Shown here: positions 1 through 9,149 of the stretch, piece by piece | Numbering within the stretch: position 1 is the first letter of the stretch | Layout of the letters: each line of letters begins with the position of its first letter | Notes under the pieces: model-generated | The model's database searches: none | Seen by the model: the letters and a program-made list of their open reading frames with translations, nothing else | Told to the model about the DNA's origin: nothing | Made by a program: the position numbers and the translations under genes | DNA from: Thermoanaerobaculia bacterium | Lineage (GTDB): Bacteria; Acidobacteriota; Thermoanaerobaculia; Multivoradales; Multivoraceae | Length of the DNA stretch: 64,000 nucleotides | Reading direction: 5' to 3' | NCBI GenBank assembly: GCA_965214805.1 | Contig: OZ243982.1 | Coordinates: 2,915,253 to 2,979,252, forward strand

Positions 1-1201
1 TCTCCTGGCGGATCGGCTCGTGGCCCGGATCGATGTGGTGCAGGTGGATGGCCGTGGCGTCGGCGGGCCGTTCGGACCAGAGTTGGCCGACCGTGCGCGC
101 AAGCAGCCGCAGCATGCCGCGTACCCGCTGGAAGGTGGCGAGCGTCGCCGTCTTGCCGGTCAGCGTTTCCAGGATCTCGGGGTGCATGGGATAGCTCGCC
201 CGCAGGCTCTCCGCGGTCTCCGAGTGGTTGGCCGAAGCGGGGAGCGAGTCGGCGTGGGCGGACCAGAGCCTTCGGTAGTCGTCGGCGACCCTGGCCGCGG
301 CGTCCGCATCGATGTTCTCGAAGAGGCGCCGCCGCAGTACCTGGATCGTCTCGTCGTCCGCGGTCGGGTTCAGCAGGGTCGCCTTGCGGGCGGAGACGCT
401 TTCGGCTTCGGCCATCTGATCGGCGATGAAGCGGTTCTCCTCGCTGTAGGCGTCGGGCGCGCCGCTGCCTCCCTTGCCGATCGCCAGCGTGTAGACGAGA
501 GCCGCGTTCGGAGCGCTCTCGATGGCCTTGAAGAGAGAGGTCAGGAAGGCGGTCAGCTGGTCCTTCGCGTCGTCGAGCCGACGGACCTTGCGCAGGTATA
601 CGGAGAGTTCGTCGAGCAGGATGAGGGTCGGCTCGCCGCCGAACAGCTCCCGGAGAGTACCGGCGCCGGGCGCCGCCCGCATCCGGTCGCTGTTGCGCAC
701 GCGCTCGTAGCCTGGAGCGCCGGCGAGCGCGTAGGCGATCTCGCCCCACGGCGTGCAGGCCAGAATGCCGTGGCCAAGCGCTCGGCCGTTGGCCGGATCG
801 GCGTTCTCCCCGTCGAACGCCGCCACGCGGACCTTGCCCGCAGGCAGCAGGGACGGGTCGAGGAACTCGGAGGCATCGACAACGCCCTGCATTCCGCGCG
901 CGGCGTGGGCCAGTGCGATCAGCCCGTGGGTCTTGCCGCCGCCGTAGGACGTGTCGAGCCGGAAGATCGCCGCGGCTTCGCCTCCGGTCCCGCTGAGTCG
1001 CCGGCAGACGTTCGCCAGCAGGTTCTGCAAGCCGCGGGTGGGGTAGGTGTTGGCGAAGAACTGCGCCGCCTCGACGTAGGCCGGACTGCCGGTACCGCTG
1101 ACCACCGAGGCGAGATCGGCAGCGAAGTCGGCGTCTGCCACCGCGCCGCGAAGGATGTCGGTCCGGGGTCGGCAGGTGTCGAAGATGGTGGGAGAGGTCA
1201 T
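1..1201 (-). CDS. DUF499-type P-loop ATPase (PglY-like / anti-phage-associated), 5' part only; gene continues off the left edge
   Basis: Not in the ORF track because it is open at the window edge. Manual translation of the minus strand from ATG at 1201-1199 gives MTSPTIFDTCRPRTDILRGAVADADFAADLASVV...ANTYPTRGLQNLLANVCRRLSG...FRLDTSYGGGKTHGLIALAHAA...LILLDELSVYLRK...YPMHPEILETL. The variant Walker A GGGKTH and Walker B LLDE sit in the order typical of DUF499. The + strand ORF 20..1330 is its antisense shadow. Confidence 0.75.
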   Translation of the reverse strand, partial: MTSPTIFDTCRPRTDILRGAVADADFAADLASVVSGTGSPAYVEAAQFFANTYPTRGLQNLLANVCRRLSGTGGEAAAIFRLDTSYGGGKTHGLIALAHAARGMQGVVDASEFLDPSLLPAGKVRVAAFDGENADPANGRALGHGILACTPWGEIAYALAGAPGYERVRNSDRMRAAPGAGTLRELFGGEPTLILLDELSVYLRKVRRLDDAKDQLTAFLTSLFKAIESAPNAALVYTLAIGKGGSGAPDAYSEENRFIADQMAEAESVSARKATLLNPTADDETIQVLRRRLFENIDADAAARVADDYRRLWSAHADSLPASANHSETAESLRASYPMHPEILETLTGKTATLATFQRVRGMLRLLARTVGQLWSERPADATAIHLHHIDPGHEPIRQE

Positions 1202-1696
1202 TCGGCCGGAAGGATACAGCCCGCGGCCCCGGGTCGCCGGTGGGTTTCGACGGGGACCCAGGGCGGCGCTCGGTCGAGGGAAACGTCGAAGCACGACAGA
1301 GCCTCGGTAAGCGCGACCATTGTCGGGTAGTTACTCCAGACGCCTCCATCGACGTCGCGCCGCGAGGTTTCCCGTGGCCCGAGAGCCTCTCCGGAGCTTC
1401 CCTACGTGAGGAGCACAAGCAGAAACACCATCAGCGCCCACAGGCCGTACCGGCCGAGAAGTCCATCCGGCACATGCAGGTGCACATGGTAGACTCGCAT
1501 GTTCATGGCAGAGAGTCCTTAGGTGCGGTTTGATATCTCGGCACGATACCCAAGCGGAAGTGCTGTTGCGGAATGGGCCGCGACTGCGAACCGGATACGG
1601 GCCGGCCATGAGTTTCAGCGCCAGTGACGTTCTGAGGCCGCCGCTCCGCGGCGTTCCGGACGGTTCCTGTCTCGATCGCGACCCGGCGGAGTTGGC

Positions 1697-2017
1697 GTGA
1701 GCGGCGGCTTGCACTCGCCGGAGGCGGTCGCCCGTCGTCGGGCTTCGATTCGTGCCCGGTCTGCCGCATTTCGCAAGGCCGGAGTCCCGACGCAACGCGA
1801 AGCGATCGCCGCCTTCTGTGCGGACTGTCTGTACGACCCCGGCGCTGGCGGCACCTGGCGGGCGCAGATTCAGGCCTGCGAGTCCCGTGGCTGCCCTCTC
1901 TGGCCTTACCGGCCTGGAGCCGATCCAGTCTCCGAGATGCCCGGACACGAACCGGCGACACTGCGGACCGTCCTGCGGCGGAAGCGCACCGATTGGAGCG
2001 GCGAGGATACCGATTAG
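1697..2017 (+). CDS. small Cys4 (zinc-ribbon-like) protein of the kind seen in phages/ICEs
   Basis: 106-aa ORF with [37 protein letters not shown]. This is a CxxC...C-x4-C-PLWPYR motif that I recall from small prophage/ICE proteins. It is divergent from the DUF499 gene. Confidence 0.45.
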   Translation: MSGGLHSPEAVARRRASIRARSAAFRKAGVPTQREAIAAFCADCLYDPGAGGTWRAQIQACESRGCPLWPYRPGADPVSEMPGHEPATLRTVLRRKRTDWSGEDTD

Positions 2018-2289
2018 ATCCGTGGGATCTCGTCGGGACACGGCGAACAGGTTGACGCGCCCAGAGCGCGGACAGACAAGACGGGACGGTGGCAAGCCGC
2101 ACGATTCGCAATGCGCCTTTGCCCTCTGGGGCCGCGGCCGCGTAGAACGCGTTCTCTTCGATGAACTGCCGCCCTGGGCTGCTCCACCGGGTGAACGGCG
2201 GCGGAGACTCGCAGGCGCTGAACCTCGATCCGGACGCCGCCCGGCGTCACCTGGCCCGGAGCGCTCCCCGCACGCCATGTCGACCGCTG

Positions 2290-2558
2290 GACGCAATGCT
2301 CGACCAGTTCCTTGCCCTGCTCTTCACCCAGGAACTCCTCCGACAGGACCGACATGTCCGGTTTGCTCAACCCGGCCGCGGCGAAGAAGTCCACCACGCC
2401 GTCCGACGCCACGGCCCGCGAGACGATCTGCCGCACCGCGTGGTCCAGTTCCCCTCGCCTGACCTCGAACTGAGGCCCGTCCGCTTCGACAGGGCCGCCC
2501 GTACGTGCTGAAACAGCGACACGTCGTCGCGGATGCGAACAGTCTCCGGGTGCGGCAC
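2290..2558 (-). pseudogene. hsdR: type I restriction enzyme HsdR, C-terminal (DUF3387-like) fragment, frameshifted
   Basis: Two minus-strand frames carry [22 protein letters not shown] and [46 protein letters not shown]. These match the conserved HsdR C-terminal block. There is no helicase or nuclease part upstream, and resemblance is lost after ~2290. Confidence 0.6.
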
Positions 2559-2597
2559 GGCCAGAGCGAACGCCTGCGTCAGCGACCTTGCGGAACG

Positions 2598-3788
2598 CTA
2601 CGATCTCGCCTCGTCGGCCCGACCGACGAGCACGGGAGATTCATCCCTCCGTTCGTCGTCACGAACGACGCTCTCCAGGTGCGGATTCAGCAACCTCCAA
2701 CGCTGGCCCGTGCGCTCGAGATCACCTGTCAGCACGACCAGCGCCCGATCCTTGTGAGCCTGAACCGCCTGCTCGTAATCCGCCTGCGCCAGAACCGCGG
2801 CGACCGACTGCTGTTGCCCGTCGATCTCGGTCGCGAGACGAATCGTGCCGTCGTCTTCGGCCTCCGTTCGCTTCAGGAGCCGAACGAAGCCGTGGAGACG
2901 GACTTCGGGCCGGGGCGCGCGCTCGCGGAGTGACCGCGCCGCCTCGCGCAGTAGCGCCGCATCGGCCCGGCCGAAGCGAATTACAGCGCCCGGACTCGCC
3001 GCGGGCCGAGTTCGCGCCCACGAAACGCCAACGTCCAGCGTCGGAAACGGTTCGATGATCCGGACCAGGGCCTCGCAGAGGTTTGCGCTCACGCCGCTGT
3101 TCACCGTCACCTCGAAGGCGCTCTCATCCCCGGCAGCCGCCCGTTCCGTCGCCTGACGCGCCACCGTGACCGCCTCGACCAGCCGTCGCGTCATGCGGCG
3201 TTCGATCGGCGCATTCGGGTCGTCCTCGTCCGGGAACAACGTCGGCATCGGCGGCGGCACGACCGGCGTCAGCAGCGTCACCACGAAGCTGCCGTGGTCC
3301 GTCTGACCGAGCCGCATCCGCTTCAACAGATCCCCCGCCTCCCGGTTCGCCCCGGCTCGGTACACCGGCTTCGGCGCCCGAAGGGAACACGCAGCCGACA
3401 GCACGAGATCGCGGGCGCCGCGCACGAGGTTCACGCCGTCCTCCAACCCGACGCTTCCGTCTTCGCTCTCGGCGACCTTCAGGCGCACGATGTCCCGGTC
3501 CGCCGTTACGAGAGACCGGTAGACGCTCGACTCGTCCTGGCCGGCGACGTCCGCAAAGGCGCGGATCAGTGTCGCCACGACACTTGCGTAGTCGCCGAGG
3601 CGCTCGGTGCGGGGAACGACGATCTCTGGTTGCGACTCGCTGATGTAGATGTCCGAGTATGCGCGGTAGGACTCATGCCGTCGCCAACCGGCACCGCGGG
3701 CGTAGGCCGACAGCGCCGCCGGCGATACCGCCAACAGCGCCCGCCGGTCGCGAATGTTGGAGTTGCCCCGTGTTCGTGGACAGCTCAT
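2598..3788 (-). CDS. hypothetical protein, 396 aa, no family recognised
   Basis: Long ORF with strong GC3 bias and a balanced (non Arg/Pro-rich) composition. It sits between the hsdS' and hsdR' remnants. Its start lies 11 nt from the stop of the IS3 tail, so the true start is uncertain. Confidence 0.6.
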   Translation of the reverse strand: MSCPRTRGNSNIRDRRALLAVSPAALSAYARGAGWRRHESYRAYSDIYISESQPEIVVPRTERLGDYASVVATLIRAFADVAGQDESSVYRSLVTADRDIVRLKVAESEDGSVGLEDGVNLVRGARDLVLSAACSLRAPKPVYRAGANREAGDLLKRMRLGQTDHGSFVVTLLTPVVPPPMPTLFPDEDDPNAPIERRMTRRLVEAVTVARQATERAAAGDESAFEVTVNSGVSANLCEALVRIIEPFPTLDVGVSWARTRPAASPGAVIRFGRADAALLREAARSLRERAPRPEVRLHGFVRLLKRTEAEDDGTIRLATEIDGQQQSVAAVLAQADYEQAVQAHKDRALVVLTGDLERTGQRWRLLNPHLESVVRDDERRDESPVLVGRADEARS

Positions 3789-3798
3789 GTCTTGGGAA

Positions 3799-3945
3799 TC
3801 AGGCAGCTTCCTGGCAGCTCATCTCGAAGTTGACGGGTGACTGGTGTCCGATCGCGGAGTGCCGAAGATGCGTGTTGTACCAGCCTTCGATGTACCGGAA
3901 GAGCTCCGGCTTCGCTTCGGCATGATTCCGGAACCTGGTCTGACC
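3799..3945 (-). mobile_element. IS3-family transposase C-terminal remnant (last ~46 aa only)
   Basis: The tail of ORF 3799..4380 reads FRNHAEAKPELFRYIEGWYNTHLRHSAIGHQSPVNFE. This is the conserved end of the IS3/DDE integrase core (..IE.FYN..R.HSALGY.SP..FE). No catalytic region or inverted repeats are visible. Confidence 0.6.
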
Positions 3946-4380
3946 GAGCGGCTCGCAAGGCGGTTCCACGACACTGCAGAACCGCATGAAGTCTTCGAGC
4001 GTCAGCCAGGGATCGTGCAGGTTCGGAAAGCAGTCGAGCGGAACCGGAAACGCCCACTTGTCGCCAAATCCCTCGCGGTAGCGATGAAGGTGGGGCGAGC
4101 CGATTTCCTCGCCGTCCGGATTGCGATGCGGTGCACCGCCGAAATCGAGCCGCGCGAGAACTACAACCTGACGGACCCGGTTCTGGTAAGTGCCTTTGGC
4201 AAGGTCGACACGCCCCCGCCACAGGTCGAGAAGAAACGGCTCGCGACCGTCGGTGGAAACCAGCGGAACCGTGATCGCTCCCCCAAGGTCCGGATAGTCC
4301 CACTCGGTAGTGTCGGTCCTGCGTTTCTGCAGAGAAAACAGCAAGTCGGCCTCCGTTTGAGTGAGATTGGCAACAGTCAT
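3946..4380 (-). CDS. hypothetical ~145-aa protein, C-terminus read through into the IS3 remnant
   Basis: N-terminal 145 aa of ORF 3799..4380: MTVANLTQTEADLLFSLQKR...LARLDFGGAPHRNPDGEEIGSPHLHRYREGFGDKWAFP. The PHRNPDG..PHLH.Y.EG.GDKWA motif resembles a small uncharacterised family I cannot name with certainty. Confidence 0.5.
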
Positions 4381-4423
4381 GGGAAGGTAGTGTAACCGCT
4401 TGTGCGGAACTTCACGTCCGCGG

Positions 4424-4762
4424 CTATTCAGGTTGTGCGAAGACGAATGTCGCCGGACACGAGCTTGGGAGAAGCAGATCGCGGGCCTGCGCCAGCTCGC
4501 AGGATTGTCGATTGAGCCTGGACAGAAGTACTGCGCCTTCGGGCACGATCGTCTTGTTGCTCTTCATCGAACTACCAAGGTCCGTGGCCGGCTCGTTTCC
4601 GGCATCGTACGCCGGGAAACTGTAGTGCTCGTAGATGCGCTCGGGCTGGGCGCCAGGTGATAGGATGACACGGTGATGATTCGCCAGATCGCTTGGCGTG
4701 TAGGTCGACCACCCAATGGGGCTCGTCCTGGACGATGCGCAGGTGGTCGGCGCGGATGTCAA
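4424..4762 (-). pseudogene. hsdS: type I R-M specificity subunit HsdS, N-terminal ~85 aa fragment
   Basis: PIGWSTYTPSDLA...RIYEHYSFPAYDAGNEPATDLGSSMKSNKTIVPEGAVLLSRLN matches the first target-recognition domain of HsdS (..HYSIPAFD....G..IKS.K..V....VLLSKLNP). Resemblance ends abruptly after SRLN. Confidence 0.6.
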
Positions 4763-5199
4763 CGGGCGACGTCAGGGGCGTCGTTCCTCCGTTGCAGTTG
4801 ATCCCGCAGGTATCTGGCCTCCCGGAGGAAGCCCGGAACGCCCTCGAAGACCGCCTGTGCCTTGGCTCCGTCGTAGGTGTGACTGATCGTGCCGCGGAGC
4901 TTCCGGTACTCCTTCCAGGCGGATAGCTCGGACTGCACCAGTCCGCGCCGGGAAGCTGCGCGCATGGTGTCGGCGAAGCTCATTTCGTCCAGCAGGGCGG
5001 GATTCTCGGAGACTTGTTCGAGATGGCGCTTGATCGTCTTGAACGACAATTGGTAGGTGAACTTGAAGGCATGGATTGTGGCGGCCCTGAGGTGCAGCTT
5101 GAGAGCGGGGTCGCGCGACGCCAGGTCCGAGCCGTGGTACTCCAGCGCTTCCTCCAACTGCGCGATCGCATCATCGAGCGGCGTCAGGTCAAGTGTCAT
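4759..5199 (-). CDS. HEPN-domain protein, nucleotidyltransferase substrate-binding (HI0074) family
   Basis: 146 aa with the typical HI0074 layout (LDDAIAQLEEALEY...HAFKFTYQLSFKTIKRHLE...) and an Rx4H motif (RGTISH). Confidence 0.8.
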   Translation of the reverse strand: MTLDLTPLDDAIAQLEEALEYHGSDLASRDPALKLHLRAATIHAFKFTYQLSFKTIKRHLEQVSENPALLDEMSFADTMRAASRRGLVQSELSAWKEYRKLRGTISHTYDGAKAQAVFEGVPGFLREARYLRDQLQRRNDAPDVAR

Positions 5200-5689
5200 T
5201 AGCCATGCCCACGCACTGGCAGGCGACGCTGAGCGGCCCCGCGTTCCTCGGCGGTGACGTCGATGGAGTGGCTTGCTCCCATGCCTCCCCGCTCATGGTC
5301 TGGTAGAGGCCGACGGCGTCATCCATGAAGTCCGGCACCAACGCGAGGCAGGCGGCCGCCTTCTGACCTTCAAGGTCGTGCGAGGTGTTGACACGGACGT
5401 TGACGTAGCGAAGCCAGCGTTCCAGCGGCCTGGCGAACAGTTGGTTCTCGTGGGCCAGCCTGAAGACGAGCTTCGGACTGTTCGGCGTCTCGGGAATGCC
5501 AAGATCTTCGTTCAGATACCGCTTGAGCACCTTCCAGAGGCAGTCGTAGCAGGTCCCGAAGCGCCGGATGACGGATTCGGCGATGCCCTCCCGATCGAGA
5601 GCGGAGAGCGCCGGATTGCCCTGCCGGTGGTTCTCGTTCTGCGCCTCGAGACGCTTCAGGGAGGACCGGAAATTGCTGTAGTCAATCAT
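5189..5689 (-). CDS. HEPN-domain protein, HI0074 family (second paralogue)
   Basis: From the internal ATG (5689): MIDYSNFRSSLKRLEAQNENH...RRFGTCYDCLWKVLKRYL...RVNTSH (Rx4H). It overlaps the downstream HEPN gene by 11 nt. The track ORF start at 5800 is probably too far upstream. Confidence 0.7.
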   Translation of the reverse strand: MIDYSNFRSSLKRLEAQNENHRQGNPALSALDREGIAESVIRRFGTCYDCLWKVLKRYLNEDLGIPETPNSPKLVFRLAHENQLFARPLERWLRYVNVRVNTSHDLEGQKAAACLALVPDFMDDAVGLYQTMSGEAWEQATPSTSPPRNAGPLSVACQCVGMANDT

Positions 5690-5861
5690 CAGTCGATCAT
5701 CGTTCCGTTCACGAGACAGGAATCGGCTGGACGTGCGGCCCGGCTCGATCTCCCGGTACTCCAGCAGGGTCAGGAGGCGGACGATATCAAGGATGCGCAC
5801 CGGACGCTCCGCGCCATGGCGATGTTGGACGCGTACAGGATCGTCTTGACTCCCCGGCTCA

Positions 5862-6297
5862 TCAGGGAGGCGACAGCCTGGTTCCGCGGCGCCTGCCGCG
5901 ACCGCTGCGTTCGTCCCTGACGCCGGGCAAGTCGAAGCCCAGCGCCGTCAGGTTCTCGGCGATGGCGGCGTGGAGCCGCGCAGCTTCGGCCTGCTGCGCC
6001 TGCAACTCGGCGACGAGCCGATTCATCTTGTCCTCGAACGGCTCGCCGTCGTCCTCCGGCGGCGGAGCGCCGACGTACCGGCCGGGGGTCAGCACGTGGC
6101 CGTGCCGGCGTATCTCGTCGATGGACGCGCTCTTTCAGAAGCCGGGCTCGTCTTCACAGGCCGCTACACGGTAGCCGCCGAGCCAGGCGTGATAGGCGGC
6201 TGCGATCCGGGCGATGTCCTCTTCCGTCAGTTCACGATGGGTGCGGTCGACCATGCGGCCGAGCTTGCGGACCCCGATCGGCCCGTCACCGGCCATG
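5862..6297 (-). pseudogene. hsdM: type I R-M methyltransferase HsdM, C-terminal ~130 aa fragment with an in-frame TGA
   Basis: Manual translation gives [91 protein letters not shown]. This is the conserved HsdM tail. A TAG lies just upstream of the homologous part, and no catalytic NPPF region is present. Confidence 0.7.
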
Positions 6298-6638
6298 GCC
6301 TACAGGCAGCCGGCGGTACCCAGGTTCTCTCTCCGAGGCGGTTTCGACTATCTTGAGCACGGGCGGCGTGACCTCTCCCGGCTTTCGACCGGGTGCTGGT
6401 TCAACACCCAAGAGGATACGCCGCCTGATCCAGTTCGCCTGATGCGCCACTTCCGGCAGTAGCTCGAGCCGGTCCGCAGGGTGCCGATTTCCCCTTCTTC
6501 GACATCGTGAATACCGCCTCCTCCAAGGGGGCAGTGTCCACGAACCGGGACAACCCCGTTCACGTCTGAGCGCTGGTTCCGCCAACCTTGAAACATGGTA
6601 CCGTACCCACGCAGCGCTGGCTTCGAGGACTACCAAAG

Positions 6639-6971
6639 ATGATCTGGGAAACGATCGCGTCGTTGAGCGCCGCCGCATCGGCGGCAATCGCCTTCCTCGT
6701 GTGGCGGCAGAAACAGCAAGACCAACAGTATAAACAAGCCGCCAGGGTAGCGACTCTTCGTTTGCTCATATTGCAGTCCGATCTCCAGCGCATACGAAGG
6801 CTCGTTGCGAGCGAGAGATTCGAGGGATTCCATATCGACGCCCTTCTTGAAGGCAACATGCTGGGCACGCAGCAGACGCTGGTCGACGTGCGGACGTTCT
6901 TGCCGGAACTCATACCTGAACTCCGCGGAAAGACGGAGGAACAACATGTTCAAAGAGAGAAGATCACGTAG
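6639..6971 (+). CDS. hypothetical small membrane protein (one N-terminal TM helix plus a helical tail)
   Basis: MIWETIASLSAAASAAIAFLVWRQKQQDQQYKQ... from ATG 6639 within ORF 6588..6971. Local GC is visibly lower (~55%) than the flanks. Confidence 0.45.
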   Translation: MIWETIASLSAAASAAIAFLVWRQKQQDQQYKQAARVATLRLLILQSDLQRIRRLVASERFEGFHIDALLEGNMLGTQQTLVDVRTFLPELIPELRGKTEEQHVQREKIT

Positions 6972-7437
6972 AATTCGCGGTCATGTGGCGGCAGTTCTCA
7001 ATTCTCGGCAGTTGGCGCTGAACGTCGGGTCGTCGCACCATGTGGAAGTCGGCATGCAGTTCGACGTCGTGCATGCGCGCAACCTGGAACTCAAGGATCC
7101 GATCTCGGATGAGTTTCTTGGCAAGCTGGAACTACCCAAGAAGCGCGTGAGAATATCCGAGGTTGCAGAGAAATTCTGCATTGCCAGCACACTGGCCCGG
7201 AAAGTCAATGTGGGGGGACGCGGACCGGGTTGGGATTTCGCGAACATCTATGCTCCTCCGAAGTGGGAAATTCAGTACGATACGCTCAAGAAAAGCAAGT
7301 CCTCCTTTGAAGAGATCGACGAATCGGAGAGCGTCGTCAAGGTTGGCGATCCGGTTGTGGAGGTGGTCACATCGGATACGGCCGAGTCGATGGAGTTCAT
7401 CGGCCAGACGGCATCTGGAGAGGCCCACGTCTCGTGA
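6946..7437 (+). CDS. hypothetical protein, 163 aa
   Basis: ATG 6946 is preceded by GGAGGA at a 5-nt spacing. It overlaps the upstream gene by 26 nt. The protein is MFKERRSRRIRGHVAAVLNSRQLALNVGSSHHVEVGMQFDVVH...VKVGDPVVEV, with no family recognised. It lies in the lower-GC segment. Confidence 0.5.
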   Translation: MFKERRSRRIRGHVAAVLNSRQLALNVGSSHHVEVGMQFDVVHARNLELKDPISDEFLGKLELPKKRVRISEVAEKFCIASTLARKVNVGGRGPGWDFANIYAPPKWEIQYDTLKKSKSSFEEIDESESVVKVGDPVVEVVTSDTAESMEFIGQTASGEAHVS

Positions 7438-7466
7438 CGCGGCGCTGGCAGCCACACGGGCCGAGT

Positions 7467-7518
7467 CGATCTGCTGGCTCGCGTTCGTGTGGCCGAGGTT
7501 CGAACCCGGCAGCGATCG
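7467..7518 (+). other. tRNA-like fragment (T-arm plus acceptor-like stem), possible island att scar
   Basis: CCGAG-GTTCGAA-CCCGG (7493-7509) resembles a T-arm (4/5 bp). It is followed by CAGCGAT, which pairs with ATC(T)GCTG at 7469-7476. It is too short to be a functional tRNA. Confidence 0.25.
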
Positions 7519-7655
7519 ACGGAGACGCGGTCCCGACGCTGGCGGCGCGCACCTTGTCGGGGCCAGCTCGAACTCGTTCGCAGGGAGGCCCGGAGCCTGT
7601 CCGTGGCGGTCTCGGGTGGGCGTGTGATCGATGGGTTCTCCGATGTCGGCGGGGC

Positions 7656-9146
<1,491 letters not shown>

Positions 9147-9149
9147 GGA

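Noticed and set aside
20-1330. 436-aa + strand ORF at the window start
   Set aside because: The opposite strand encodes a DUF499 ATPase with a clean P-loop/Walker B and a balanced composition. The + ORF is Arg/Gly/Val-rich with no motifs.
2014-2290. Remainder of ORF 2014..2436 considered as a continuation of the HsdR C-terminus
   Set aside because: After ..QGKELVEH, the translation in all three minus frames loses resemblance to the HsdR tail. This part is treated as non-coding or scrambled.
5690-5930. Possible remnant of the missing MNT antitoxin between hsdM' and the first HEPN gene
   Set aside because: Hand translation of the minus-strand frames gave MSRGVKTILYASNIAMARS.. and ..ILDIVRLLTLLEYREIEPG.. 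but no GSxxRG...D.D nucleotidyltransferase motif. The evidence is insufficient to call anything.
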